Shown piece by piece: positions 16,126 to 25,517 of a stretch of 26,089 nt of DNA. Each line of letters begins with the position of its first letter. Within the stretch, counting starts at the first letter, position 1. Made by a program: the position numbers and the translations under genes. Source of the DNA: a virus (Duplodnaviria; Caudoviricetes). A model generated the notes under the pieces. That model did not search any database. It had not been told where the DNA came from and saw nothing but the letters and a program-made list of their open reading frames with translations. Location of the stretch: the IMG/VR virus record IMGVR_UViG_3300038393_003190, positions 1 to 26,089 of that record. The stretch is one strand, 5' to 3'.

Positions 16126-17334
16126 ATGGCTCAATTTACATTCACAAACAACACTTATGCCGGCGAAGCACTGGCAGGATTTATGGCCAGCACGCTGCTT
16201 GAGGCCGACTCGGTAAAGCGTGGCTTATTGACGGTCATAAATGACGTAAAATCGCGCAAGGTAATTCTTGATGTTGATGACGATGTGGTTCTGCAAGATC
16301 CATCAGGCTTATTCAACGATCAGGGCACCACTGCGCAACAAACCGAAAGCTACCTTGATCCGGTAGTTTACGAGTTCATGAAACAAGAACAATGGGATAA
16401 ACTGGCCCAAGCCTGGGAGGCCCAAAGCCTGAAACCCGGCGCCTTTATGGATTATGAAGGCGTGGTTGACCTTTCTGATTTCATGGTACAGCGTTATTTA
16501 ACCAAAATCCAGATAGCAAACGAGCGTCTGTACTGGTTAGGTAAATCGGCAACCAAAGAGGCGTCATTCACAGCAGCGTTTAACGGTTTATTACCGACGA
16601 TATCAGCAGCGAGTGGCGTTTACAAAGTAGGCCTGGGTAAACCGTCCACCTCGATGTCGGCATCAGCTATCAGCGCAAGCGGCATAGTTACCGTTACCAG
16701 CACCTCTACCCTATCAGATGGCGACGTAGTAACCATCACCGGCGTAACCGGTACTATCAAAGACACCACCAATGGTGGCAGCGGTATTGATGTACAGGGC
16801 CAGTCGTACTTTATACAGGTGGCCAGCGCTACTACCTTTAAACTGGTACGTAATTACAACGAAATCAATACCCGTAAACCGGCTACTTTTACTGGATCGG
16901 CTTCGGTAGCAACAGTAAGCTACATCAACGCCACTAACGTATTAGACGTGCTGACCGGCGTTTATGCCCAACTTGACCCGGCTGACAGAAGTCAGGATGA
17001 CTTTAATCTGCAGATACCTTTACACGTTGGCTATGCGTACGCCCAAGCACAGGCCAACAAAGCAGTAAACGTGCTTAATGCCTTTAGCGATAGCAAGAAG
17101 ATGGACTATCTGGGTGTCCCGCTGCAATTAATGAATCATTGGCAGGCCAATACAATTTTAGGCGCCCGCGCATCAAACCTGTTCCTGGGTGTCGATCTGT
17201 TAGGCGATGCTTCTGAACTGTCGACCGTATACATGAAACCATACACTAACGACGATGTGGTACGCATGAAAGCACGTATGAAAGCGGCAGTAAACTTTAA
17301 ATTCGCTAACGAGCTGTTTTACTTGTCAGCTTAA
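16126..17334 (+). CDS. Major capsid protein with an inserted beta-rich domain
   Basis: Follows the protease. Motifs NTYAGE, IQIANERLYWLG, FNGLL, SNLFLGVDLLGD and VRMKARMKAAVNF fit Bacteroidota HK97-type capsid proteins. Confidence 0.8.
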   Translation: MAQFTFTNNTYAGEALAGFMASTLLEADSVKRGLLTVINDVKSRKVILDVDDDVVLQDPSGLFNDQGTTAQQTESYLDPVVYEFMKQEQWDKLAQAWEAQSLKPGAFMDYEGVVDLSDFMVQRYLTKIQIANERLYWLGKSATKEASFTAAFNGLLPTISAASGVYKVGLGKPSTSMSASAISASGIVTVTSTSTLSDGDVVTITGVTGTIKDTTNGGSGIDVQGQSYFIQVASATTFKLVRNYNEINTRKPATFTGSASVATVSYINATNVLDVLTGVYAQLDPADRSQDDFNLQIPLHVGYAYAQAQANKAVNVLNAFSDSKKMDYLGVPLQLMNHWQANTILGARASNLFLGVDLLGDASELSTVYMKPYTNDDVVRMKARMKAAVNFKFANELFYLSA

Positions 17335-17338
17335 ATTT

Positions 17339-17441
17339 AATGAGTGAATGAGTGGTTGAGCGAATGAGTGAATGCATTCATGAATCGAACAACCACAAAC
17401 ATTCACTCGCTCACTAATTCACTCATTCACTCATTCACTAA
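17339..17441. repeat. Degenerate 8-mer inverted repeat element
   Basis: Left arm of TGAGTGAA-type units (17339-17374) and right arm of TTCACTCA-type units (17400-17441). Confidence 0.8.
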
Positions 17442-17457
17442 TTATTAAAAATTACAC

Positions 17458-18042
17458 ATGCCAATTTATAATAAAATAAACGCCGGCTTCAGCCTGAGCG
17501 CCGGTCAGCCGGTTACTTCGGGTATCGAAGATGTGATTTACATTTTCAATGAAGATGATATCACCTTAACTTACGATGTCGCAAATCCCTTGATCGTTAC
17601 AGGCCTTACAGCAGTTAACACCGCCAAGGTTTACAAATTTGAAGGCACCAACAACAGCTTCAACGCTACCTCAAAACTGGCAAAAACCCAGGTTGGACCG
17701 CGCTATACCGAGGAAATTGACTTTAATATTGCCGGTTTATCTGTCGATGTTAAAACTCAACTGATGGCTATGGGTTATGGCCGTGTTCGCGCCATTGTGA
17801 TCAACAACTACAAATCAAGCGACTCAGCTATCGAGCTATTCGGTGCCGCCAACGGTTTGATTCTGACTGATGCTGAACGTAACGCTGCCGACGAAACTGT
17901 AGAGGGCGGTTACAAATTAAAACTAACCAACCCAGACAAGTTGAAAGAACCTTATCCCCCAAGAGCGGTATCTATTGCGCCCACAAGCGGCTCGGCTACT
18001 TATGCAAGCACGCTTGCTGCAATTGAGGCTTTGATTGCCTAA
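17458..18042 (+). CDS. Major tail (tube) protein, probable
   Basis: 194-aa beta-rich protein after the capsid gene, with the pattern GIEDVIYIFN...VYKFEG...GRVRAIV...IELFGAANGL...GGYKLKLT. Confidence 0.65.
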   Translation: MPIYNKINAGFSLSAGQPVTSGIEDVIYIFNEDDITLTYDVANPLIVTGLTAVNTAKVYKFEGTNNSFNATSKLAKTQVGPRYTEEIDFNIAGLSVDVKTQLMAMGYGRVRAIVINNYKSSDSAIELFGAANGLILTDAERNAADETVEGGYKLKLTNPDKLKEPYPPRAVSIAPTSGSATYASTLAAIEALIA

Positions 18043-18050
18043 CAAACCCT

Positions 18051-18133
18051 TCATGGTTGATGGTTCATTGATTTAATGGCTAATTGACCAATGGGCCACA
18101 ACCATGATCCATCCATGAACCGTTAACCATGAT
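18051..18133. repeat. Degenerate 7-mer inverted repeat element (CATGGTT/AACCATG type)
   Basis: TCATGGT TGATGGT TCATTGA... pairs with ...ACCATGA...CCATGAACCGTTAACCATGA, ending just before the ATG at 18136. Confidence 0.65.
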
Positions 18134-18135
18134 TT

Positions 18136-18339
18136 ATGAATAAAAAGAAATATATACTTAAACCAGGCAAACACCAGTTTGCGCCGGGATCAGCCGCGGT
18201 GCATGATAATGATACACTGACAGATAAAGAAGCCGCGTGGTACCTGAAAAGATATCCGCATATCAAAACCTTATTTGAGCAATTGCCGGATCGCCAATCA
18301 TCCCCAATAAATCAAAACCAAAGCGAGGAGGGCAAATGA
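18136..18339 (+). CDS. Small hypothetical virion-associated protein (67 aa)
   Basis: ATGA-coupled to the portal gene. Confidence 0.7.
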   Translation: MNKKKYILKPGKHQFAPGSAAVHDNDTLTDKEAAWYLKRYPHIKTLFEQLPDRQSSPINQNQSEEGK

Positions 18340-19634
18340 AAACCTACTTACCACAAATAGAACGCAGAATATTAGTTCGTCCAAATCAAACTTTTGGCAT
18401 CCTTAACTATGATCTGGATAATGCCTATCCACAACGTATGCTGGAGTTGGTAGCTGGGTCGGCAACTGCAAAAGATTGCTGGAACAAACGTGCCAGATTT
18501 ATCGCCGGTAACGGGTTTGAAGACAAAGACCTGGGTACGCAAGTGATCAATCCTAAAGGACTGACCATTGCCAAGCTATTAAAAGCTATTGCTACTGACA
18601 AGGCCTTATTTACCGGCTTTGGTATCCATGTAAATTATAATGCCAACTACCAGATATCGTCGGTAAACTATGTAAAGTTTGAAGACATACGCATGGGTGA
18701 CACAGACAGCCCGGATACCGCCGACAAATTTGCTTTATATAATGATTGGGGGCGTAAAACCTGGAAGAACATCATGCGCAACAAGATTATCTTCCTGGAC
18801 AAATATAATCCCGATCCGGAGGCCATTCAACGGCAGGTAGATACAGCGGGCGGATGGGAAAAATACAAGGGGCAGCTCTATTATTTCAACCCTGAAATTG
18901 ATGATTATCCGTTAATAGAAGCCGATAGCGTTTGGGAGGATTTCGAAACCGAAGCCGGCATCAAGATTTTCAATAATCGGGAGGTCACTACCGGTTTCTT
19001 ACCGTCGACAATGCTGTTCATGCAGTCACGTCGTGAGGAGGCAGATAACAGTCGCCCTGACGATGGTGAGCAAACATTTATCAATCAGCCATCGCAACTG
19101 GAAAAAGACCTGGGCCAGTTTCAGGGAACCAAAAGCGCACAGAAGATCATTGTGATCGAATACGAAGACGAGAGTCAGAAACCTGAATTTAAGCCCTATA
19201 CTATTCAAAATAACGATAAACTTTTTGAGACAACCGAGCGATCTGTCGAAGCCCGTATTATAAAAGGCTTTTCGGTTCCGAAGGAATTGATCAATGCAGA
19301 AAAGTCATCAGGCTTAAGTAATGGCAGCGAGAAAAAGGAAGCTATCCGCGAGTTTAATGATAACACCGCCGCGGATCGCTCGGAAATAGCTGATGTATTT
19401 GCTGAAATCTTTGACAAGTTTTATGTCGATGTCAATCCCTCCGGAAACTGGAACATCATCCCCATTCCTACTACCGTAGCAGACGATACCGCGGGCATGG
19501 TGGCCGGGCGAAGCATTAATCAACTGTTACTATCCGATCTGTCATCGGCAAATAAAATAGCTATTCTGGTTTACGCTTATGGCTTCAAGCGGCAAGAAGC
19601 AGAAGAAATGGTATCGGCTGAAACTTTAAACTAA
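18336..19634 (+). CDS. Portal protein
   Basis: 432 aa. Motifs YDLDNAYPQ, FIAGNG, NREVTTGFLPSTML, QFQGTKSAQKIIV and IIKGFSVPKELI...SGLSNG match the portal architecture. Confidence 0.8.
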   Translation: MKTYLPQIERRILVRPNQTFGILNYDLDNAYPQRMLELVAGSATAKDCWNKRARFIAGNGFEDKDLGTQVINPKGLTIAKLLKAIATDKALFTGFGIHVNYNANYQISSVNYVKFEDIRMGDTDSPDTADKFALYNDWGRKTWKNIMRNKIIFLDKYNPDPEAIQRQVDTAGGWEKYKGQLYYFNPEIDDYPLIEADSVWEDFETEAGIKIFNNREVTTGFLPSTMLFMQSRREEADNSRPDDGEQTFINQPSQLEKDLGQFQGTKSAQKIIVIEYEDESQKPEFKPYTIQNNDKLFETTERSVEARIIKGFSVPKELINAEKSSGLSNGSEKKEAIREFNDNTAADRSEIADVFAEIFDKFYVDVNPSGNWNIIPIPTTVADDTAGMVAGRSINQLLLSDLSSANKIAILVYAYGFKRQEAEEMVSAETLN

Positions 19635-19639
19635 ACATT

Positions 19640-20257
19640 ATGAATCCAATTTTAATTGATCAAACTACTTTTCAGCGATACGAGGACATTTCTGTAAATA
19701 TTAAGCCCGGGCGCCTAAAAGCATTCGTCAACAAAGCGCAGGATCTTGATTTGAAACCCTTTTTGGGATATGCTTTATATTACGATTTCATCAAACATTT
19801 TAACGATAATGGAACGATTAAAGACGACGCTCCGCAATCCTATAAAGATCTATTGAATGGCAGCGAATATCTGGATCAGCATGGCTATATCGTGCTTTAC
19901 GAAGGTCTGCTTCCTACTCTGCTTTATTTCGCTTTCGCACGATTTATAGAAGCGGATGCGATACGTTATACATCAAGCGGACCGGTCATCAAATCACTCG
20001 ATAGCAGCATACACGCGGCACCACAATATATTACAAAACTGGTACAACAGCAGCGTAGCGTAGCCAATGCACACGCTAATGAAGTCGAAAAGTTTCTGTG
20101 GGATCATCGGGCAGATTTTCCGCTATGGCGATTTAGTAATAAGAATAAAAATGCCCGGCAACCAGGTCCGCGTATTCGCAGCGTTGACAAAACCAACTTT
20201 AACTACCCAGGCGGCAGTTATAATCAAACCAATTATTTACCGCTAATAGAAATATAA
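19640..20257 (+). CDS. Head-tail adaptor-like protein (DUF6712-like)
   Basis: Follows the portal gene. Pattern AQDLDLKPFLGYALY...GLLPTLLYFAFARF...TSSG. Confidence 0.6.
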   Translation: MNPILIDQTTFQRYEDISVNIKPGRLKAFVNKAQDLDLKPFLGYALYYDFIKHFNDNGTIKDDAPQSYKDLLNGSEYLDQHGYIVLYEGLLPTLLYFAFARFIEADAIRYTSSGPVIKSLDSSIHAAPQYITKLVQQQRSVANAHANEVEKFLWDHRADFPLWRFSNKNKNARQPGPRIRSVDKTNFNYPGGSYNQTNYLPLIEI

Positions 20258-23200
20258 TGTCAGACAAAAAAATAAGCGAATTAACCGAAGCAACAGTCAT
20301 CAATCAGACTGATGTTTCGGTACTGGTAAGTGGTGACACGGATTATAGATTCGCCTTTTCGACGCTACTACAGTTTTTAGGAAATAATCTGAACGTTGGG
20401 GCAAATATTTCATTCGGCACCGTGCTGCCTCAAAATACGTCAGGTAAAAACGGCGATCTGTTTATCAATACAACCACCGGCTCATTTGCTCAAAAAATAT
20501 CCGGCACATGGTCGGTGGTTTATAGTCTGCCTTCAAACAACACCCAAACGGATACTACAGTGCTATATGGTTTTGGAGTACCTGGAGCATTGACCGGTAA
20601 CAATGGCGATACCTATATCCATACCGGAACCGGCGTTTTTTACAAAAAATCGGCCGGTAGCTGGAGCCAGGTATTCTCTATGCAAACCGGGCCTCAGGGG
20701 CCCCAAGGGCCTGCCGGCACAAATGGCACCAACGGAACAAATGGTTTTAGTGTTTTAAATGGACCGGGTAATCCGTCAAATTTAACAACCGGTACTAATG
20801 GTGACTTTTATATTAACACCAGCAATTACAATTTTTTCGGTCCTAAAACTGACGGTGACTGGGGCGACGGTGTTTCATTAATACCACCAGGCATTTCACC
20901 TGGCGGCACTGTCGGGCAAGCCTTGATTAAAAATAGTGACGCTGATTACGATATAGAATGGTTCGATTTCGACACGCTATATGTAAAACTTGGAGGAAGT
21001 TACAGTAATCCATCATGGATAAACTCATTAACTTGGGATAAAATAACCGGCGCGCCTACTACTATCAGCGGATACGGCATTACGGATTACAATGGCCTGG
21101 GTGACGCCCGCTGGCTGCAGCAATCAGGCGGTACGGTAACCGGCGATATCCAATCTACTTTTTCAGCATTTAGCTCAACATCCTTTATAACCAAAAATTA
21201 CGTCGACAATATTATTACCGGTGTTATTTGGGTGGGCGCGGATGCCGCGACAACTACAAACATACCGCTGTCGGGCGAACAAACCGTAGACGGTGTGACC
21301 ACCTCGTCATCACGCGTCTTTGTTAAAAATCAAACCGACCAAACGCAAAACGGCATTTATATCACAAGTACCGGTGCGTGGATGCGAGCTACCGATGCCG
21401 ACACAGGTACTAAGATAACGCGACTGGCTATAATTATCGAGGGTGGTAGTCAAAAGGGCAATCAATGGGTGAATACCAATAGCTCGATTACTGTAGGTAT
21501 AACCAATATAACGTTTGCTCAAAGTTCTGGGTTAGGTACTTATACCAATGGTTTGGGTATTGCGTTAGCGGCAAATGTGTTTAGTTTGGATTTGGCTTAT
21601 GTTGATGCGAGGTACCAGCCCCTGGAAAATCAAAGGTTGAGTACTACCAATAGTCCGACTTTTGCCAAAGTCGTTGCAGACACCCGAGGCGTTGGTGCAG
21701 GTTATAACTCAACCGCAAACCATGTCTTAATTGCTAATAGTACCGATAATACATCGACTAACGTTTATCCGGTGCTGGTAAACAGATCGCAAACCACTTT
21801 GACTACAGGCTACGGTACAGGCATTCTTTTTGCAGATCAAACAGTAGCTTTGGGTAAGATATTATTGGTTAGGCATAATTCAGCTGACAATTGGGATTCA
21901 GAGATGCGATTTTATGTAAGGATGCGTAACGGTGGCTATACAACCGATCCGGAAGTTAACCAAGTATTAGCGCTAACATTGAATAATGATGCTTCGGCAA
22001 CTTTTGGCGGCGCTATAATCGGCGCGGGTAAAATATCAACGACTTTAACCACCGAGCAGTTTAGATTGAACTACGATGCCACGCATTATGTTTCGCATAC
22101 TGTTGACGCAATAGGTAACTATACGATTGCAAATAGCCCGGCGGGGAATATAATAATAAATGCTCCCAATAGTGCATATGGACTTACTATTCAATCTACT
22201 GCATCAAGCACTAATGTTTATCAACTTTTACCAAGCATCCCTGGCAGAGGGGCCGGCTTTGCTTTAAGAGATAATACTATAGGCGCTAACTTGTTTTATG
22301 TTGATAAGGGTGGTACTACATTTAGTATTCCCGGAGTAATGGGTGTAGGAGGTAGTATAGAAGCATCCAGTTATATAGCAAGTTATAGCTCCTTTACGAT
22401 GCCATCGGGAGCTTATTTAGATTTCGACAAGGGTGTTTCAAGTAATTATAGGATATATAAAAATGGTATCGTTTTACAATTTAATAGTGCCGGAGGGTTT
22501 TCTTTTAATGGAATAATTAGTTCAGGTGGGTTTGGGTCGATTAGCAATGCATCAGCAGCAGCATGGGGTGTGCTAAGTCCGTCGTTTTATACAGCTTCTA
22601 AAACAATGACTGATACTTCAACTCCAGCAAATACTACAGTCAGCAATGTAACAGCTGTTTCAGGGGGTTTTATGTCCGCAACTTTAGCAGCCACGAATAC
22701 TAGTGTTACGTACACTACAGCTGCAACTATAGTGGTTAACGGACCTCCAACAGCAGGAACTAATGTTACTATTACTAATCCTTATTCTCTTTATGTTACT
22801 AGTGGTGTTGTAGCATTGGCTGGCACAACCGGTACATCATTGAAGTTGGGAGCAGCTACTAGCTTATCAACTGCAACACCAGTAGCTATTGACATGGGAG
22901 GAACTATCAGTAATACTGCTGGAGCTAATCCAAAAATATTGCTATTTAATGATGGAACAAAAAAATTAGGGTTTGGGTTTTCAAATGCTCAGTTTGATTA
23001 TATGGCTGATACTAATAACCATCATGCTTTTTGGTCGGGTACTACAAAAGTGTTCGATATTGATGGTAACGGTTCATTAACCATGAACTCGATAAGTTCG
23101 GCGTCATCAAATATTACATTTAATAATTTAAATAATTCAGGGGCTTCACTTAGTTATAATTATTCTGGCTTAAACAGATTTCAATTTAATACACCGTCCG

Positions 23201-23859
23201 GGATTGTACCTGTTCTAAGCATTGGCAGCTCATCTACAATGGCCAATGGCGCTTTTTTTGAATTTTTCGGATTGGGATCGGCGGCCAGTTCAAACAATGA
23301 ATCGCTGCGATTTATATTGAATAATGCTTTTTCGGTTAGTGGTACGCAGGATGCAGTAATTAACACTTCTGCAAATGGAACCGGTACAGCAAGGAACATT
23401 CAGATTAACCCGAATGGAACACCTGGCTTCGGAGTAACAACTGCAGGTAAGGTAGGCTCGCTATCATCAGTTTCCCCTATTACATTTAGAAATGTGCTTG
23501 ATGATGGCTCCGGTAATGCCACCTTTGCTGGTTTAGTGTACTCTACATCCGCAACGCCAACTATTTCAGTTACCGGCGCGGGTACAGGTGCTACCATAAA
23601 TATTAGTGGCAGCAATCAAAAGCAAATCATACAAATAACGACGGGAACGTCTCCAAGCAATATGGCAATAACCGTAACAATGTCCGGAGGTTTTGCTTAT
23701 CCACATAGTTGTGTACCTGTTGTCAGTGCTCTTTCATCGTCGGCGCAAACATTGGGCTGGTATGTTTCTTCTTTGGGCGCCAATACTTATAGTATGTATA
23801 CTGGGGCAACAACCGCATCAACCGTTTATTATTATACAGTAGATAACGGAGGATATTAA
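20257..23859 (+). CDS. Long mosaic fibre / receptor-binding protein (1200 aa)
   Basis: MSDKKISEL start, three GxNGDxxIxT...W repeats, collagen-like GPQGPQGPAGTNGTNGTNG, WDKITGAPTTISGYGITD, and an ATTTNIPLSGEQTVDGV...KNQT..QNGIY module, then a G/S/T/N-rich C-terminus. TAATG coupling to the upstream gene. Confidence 0.85.
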   Translation: MSDKKISELTEATVINQTDVSVLVSGDTDYRFAFSTLLQFLGNNLNVGANISFGTVLPQNTSGKNGDLFINTTTGSFAQKISGTWSVVYSLPSNNTQTDTTVLYGFGVPGALTGNNGDTYIHTGTGVFYKKSAGSWSQVFSMQTGPQGPQGPAGTNGTNGTNGFSVLNGPGNPSNLTTGTNGDFYINTSNYNFFGPKTDGDWGDGVSLIPPGISPGGTVGQALIKNSDADYDIEWFDFDTLYVKLGGSYSNPSWINSLTWDKITGAPTTISGYGITDYNGLGDARWLQQSGGTVTGDIQSTFSAFSSTSFITKNYVDNIITGVIWVGADAATTTNIPLSGEQTVDGVTTSSSRVFVKNQTDQTQNGIYITSTGAWMRATDADTGTKITRLAIIIEGGSQKGNQWVNTNSSITVGITNITFAQSSGLGTYTNGLGIALAANVFSLDLAYVDARYQPLENQRLSTTNSPTFAKVVADTRGVGAGYNSTANHVLIANSTDNTSTNVYPVLVNRSQTTLTTGYGTGILFADQTVALGKILLVRHNSADNWDSEMRFYVRMRNGGYTTDPEVNQVLALTLNNDASATFGGAIIGAGKISTTLTTEQFRLNYDATHYVSHTVDAIGNYTIANSPAGNIIINAPNSAYGLTIQSTASSTNVYQLLPSIPGRGAGFALRDNTIGANLFYVDKGGTTFSIPGVMGVGGSIEASSYIASYSSFTMPSGAYLDFDKGVSSNYRIYKNGIVLQFNSAGGFSFNGIISSGGFGSISNASAAAWGVLSPSFYTASKTMTDTSTPANTTVSNVTAVSGGFMSATLAATNTSVTYTTAATIVVNGPPTAGTNVTITNPYSLYVTSGVVALAGTTGTSLKLGAATSLSTATPVAIDMGGTISNTAGANPKILLFNDGTKKLGFGFSNAQFDYMADTNNHHAFWSGTTKVFDIDGNGSLTMNSISSASSNITFNNLNNSGASLSYNYSGLNRFQFNTPSGIVPVLSIGSSSTMANGAFFEFFGLGSAASSNNESLRFILNNAFSVSGTQDAVINTSANGTGTARNIQINPNGTPGFGVTTAGKVGSLSSVSPITFRNVLDDGSGNATFAGLVYSTSATPTISVTGAGTGATINISGSNQKQIIQITTGTSPSNMAITVTMSGGFAYPHSCVPVVSALSSSAQTLGWYVSSLGANTYSMYTGATTASTVYYYTVDNGGY

Positions 23860-23882
23860 CTAAAATACCATAAATAAAACAA

Positions 23883-24305
23883 ATGAAAACAACTATTAAA
23901 AGTATCGATCAATTCAACCAATTAGCTACTTATTATTTGCAAAAAAACACAGCCGACACTAAGTTGAATTACGCACTTAAAAAAGTGCAAAAACAGTGTG
24001 AGCCCGTACTGGGGGCTTATAACAGCGACTTACAGGACATTGCCATCAACAATGCGTCTGTAGATGAAAAAGGCAATTTGGTGCACGTTAAAAACGAGGT
24101 CAGCGGTGCGATCATTGATTATAAATATACCAAGGAAGCCGCAATTAAGCGTAAAAACGAATCTAAGGACTTGTACAATGTGGAGAAAGACTATCCTATC
24201 ACACCTCATATACTCCGAGATCTGCCTGCTGATTTGGCTGAAGAGCAAATCGAAATATTCGCCGGATTTGTGATGGAACCAATCATTGATATTGAGCCGG
24301 TATAA
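23883..24305 (+). CDS. Hypothetical protein, possible fibre assembly chaperone
   Basis: Helical 140-aa protein directly after the fibre gene, with the LNYALKK...VDEKGN pattern seen in phage post-fibre genes. Confidence 0.55.
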   Translation: MKTTIKSIDQFNQLATYYLQKNTADTKLNYALKKVQKQCEPVLGAYNSDLQDIAINNASVDEKGNLVHVKNEVSGAIIDYKYTKEAAIKRKNESKDLYNVEKDYPITPHILRDLPADLAEEQIEIFAGFVMEPIIDIEPV

Positions 24306-24323
24306 TAAAACAATCCGACGCTC

Positions 24324-24698
24324 ATGACTATAGGATCTTCTAACCTTATGATAATCATATCAATCCTTACTTCGGTAGGGTTTGGTATGACTATTACTGT
24401 AATTGCAACCCGGCGGAAAATCAAAGCAGAAACTTTACTTGCTGAAACTCGGGCAAAATTTACTGAGATTGAGATGTATAGCAAAATACTTAACGACCTA
24501 AAAATGCAATCAGAGATACAAGCACAACAAATATTAACGCTGCAACAAAAGGAAGCCGAGTATCTAAAAATCATCCGCGCGCAAAATTCGCGGGAACGTG
24601 AATTGAACAAGAAAATTAATCATATGGGTATTGAAATCACCTTATTAAAAAACAAATTGACAATTTATGAACAAGCTGAAAAACTGGCTGATAAATAG
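24324..24698 (+). CDS. Single-TM coiled-coil protein, holin/antiholin-like
   Basis: N-terminal hydrophobic helix followed by RRKIKAE and a coiled coil. First gene of the lysis cassette. Confidence 0.55.
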   Translation: MTIGSSNLMIIISILTSVGFGMTITVIATRRKIKAETLLAETRAKFTEIEMYSKILNDLKMQSEIQAQQILTLQQKEAEYLKIIRAQNSRERELNKKINHMGIEITLLKNKLTIYEQAEKLADK

Positions 24699-25077
24699 CT
24701 GGAACCTTCTAACTGAAATATCATTGCATCATGGCGAATACATTTTATTGACAGCCGCCATTCTTCTTTTCCTTGTGTCTCCTTTTCTTTTAAGGTGTTA
24801 CGATCCAACTGCCGGAACTTTCGATGTCGGCGTTTTGCAAGTAAATATTACCTCTATAATTAGTCTGTCTATTTTTTGCTCAGTGTCCTGGTTAATGATT
24901 AAGGTGATATGGCCTGATCTGCGCTATTTCTTTGAAACCGAATTTGGCACCGCTTTTAAATCCCTAACATCATGGCAAAAAGTAACTACGTCTTTATTTA
25001 TCTACTGCTTTATTGTGTTGGTGTTAGTTATGCTCAATCAAGCTATACCAGCAATACAATCATCCGCAATAAAGTAG
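24667..25077 (+). CDS. Putative holin (3 predicted TM segments)
   Basis: Three hydrophobic stretches, and it overlaps the endolysin gene. Confidence 0.55.
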   Translation: MNKLKNWLINSWNLLTEISLHHGEYILLTAAILLFLVSPFLLRCYDPTAGTFDVGVLQVNITSIISLSIFCSVSWLMIKVIWPDLRYFFETEFGTAFKSLTSWQKVTTSLFIYCFIVLVLVMLNQAIPAIQSSAIK

Positions 25078-25517
25078 CATTAACTTATACTTCGCAAATT
25101 GGTGTTCGAGAATTAACGGGCAACAATGACGGCAAAGCCGTTGAAACTTACCTTCGCTACTGCGATTTGCCTAAAGGAGAACCCTGGTGCGCTTCATTTG
25201 TCTGTTGGGTTTACGGGAAAAATAATGTTACAAATCCCAGAAGTGGCTTTTGTCCGGATCTATTTCAACAAAAAAACATTGTCTGGACACGAAATTCAAA
25301 TCACAACATCACCCCTACCCGAGCCGACATCTTCGGAATTTATTTCCCCGACAAAAAAAGAATTGCTCACACCGGTTTTATAGATAAGTGGACCTCAACA
25401 CAGGCACACACTGTCGAAGGTAACACTAACCAAGCCGGTAGCCGGGAAGGTGATGGTGTGTATCGCAAAATACGATTAACCAGGCAGATCTATGCCGTAG
25501 CAAGATTTATAAAATGA
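24972..25517 (+). CDS. Endolysin, CHAP/NlpC-P60-like amidase/peptidase with an N-terminal signal-like segment
   Basis: PWCASFV (catalytic Cys), IAHTGF (His) and TVEGNT motifs, with a hydrophobic N-terminus YVFIYLLLYCVGVSYA. Confidence 0.85.
   Translation: MAKSNYVFIYLLLYCVGVSYAQSSYTSNTIIRNKVALTYTSQIGVRELTGNNDGKAVETYLRYCDLPKGEPWCASFVCWVYGKNNVTNPRSGFCPDLFQQKNIVWTRNSNHNITPTRADIFGIYFPDKKRIAHTGFIDKWTSTQAHTVEGNTNQAGSREGDGVYRKIRLTRQIYAVARFIK

Noticed and set aside
5427-23859. Tailocin or contractile injection system
   Set aside because: Terminase, portal, protease and capsid are all present, and no sheath or baseplate wedge genes were recognised, so this is a DNA-packaging, non-contractile particle.
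20257-24305. Diversity-generating retroelement or invertible fibre switch
   Set aside because: No reverse transcriptase, invertase, template/variable repeat pair or flanking inverted sites were seen.
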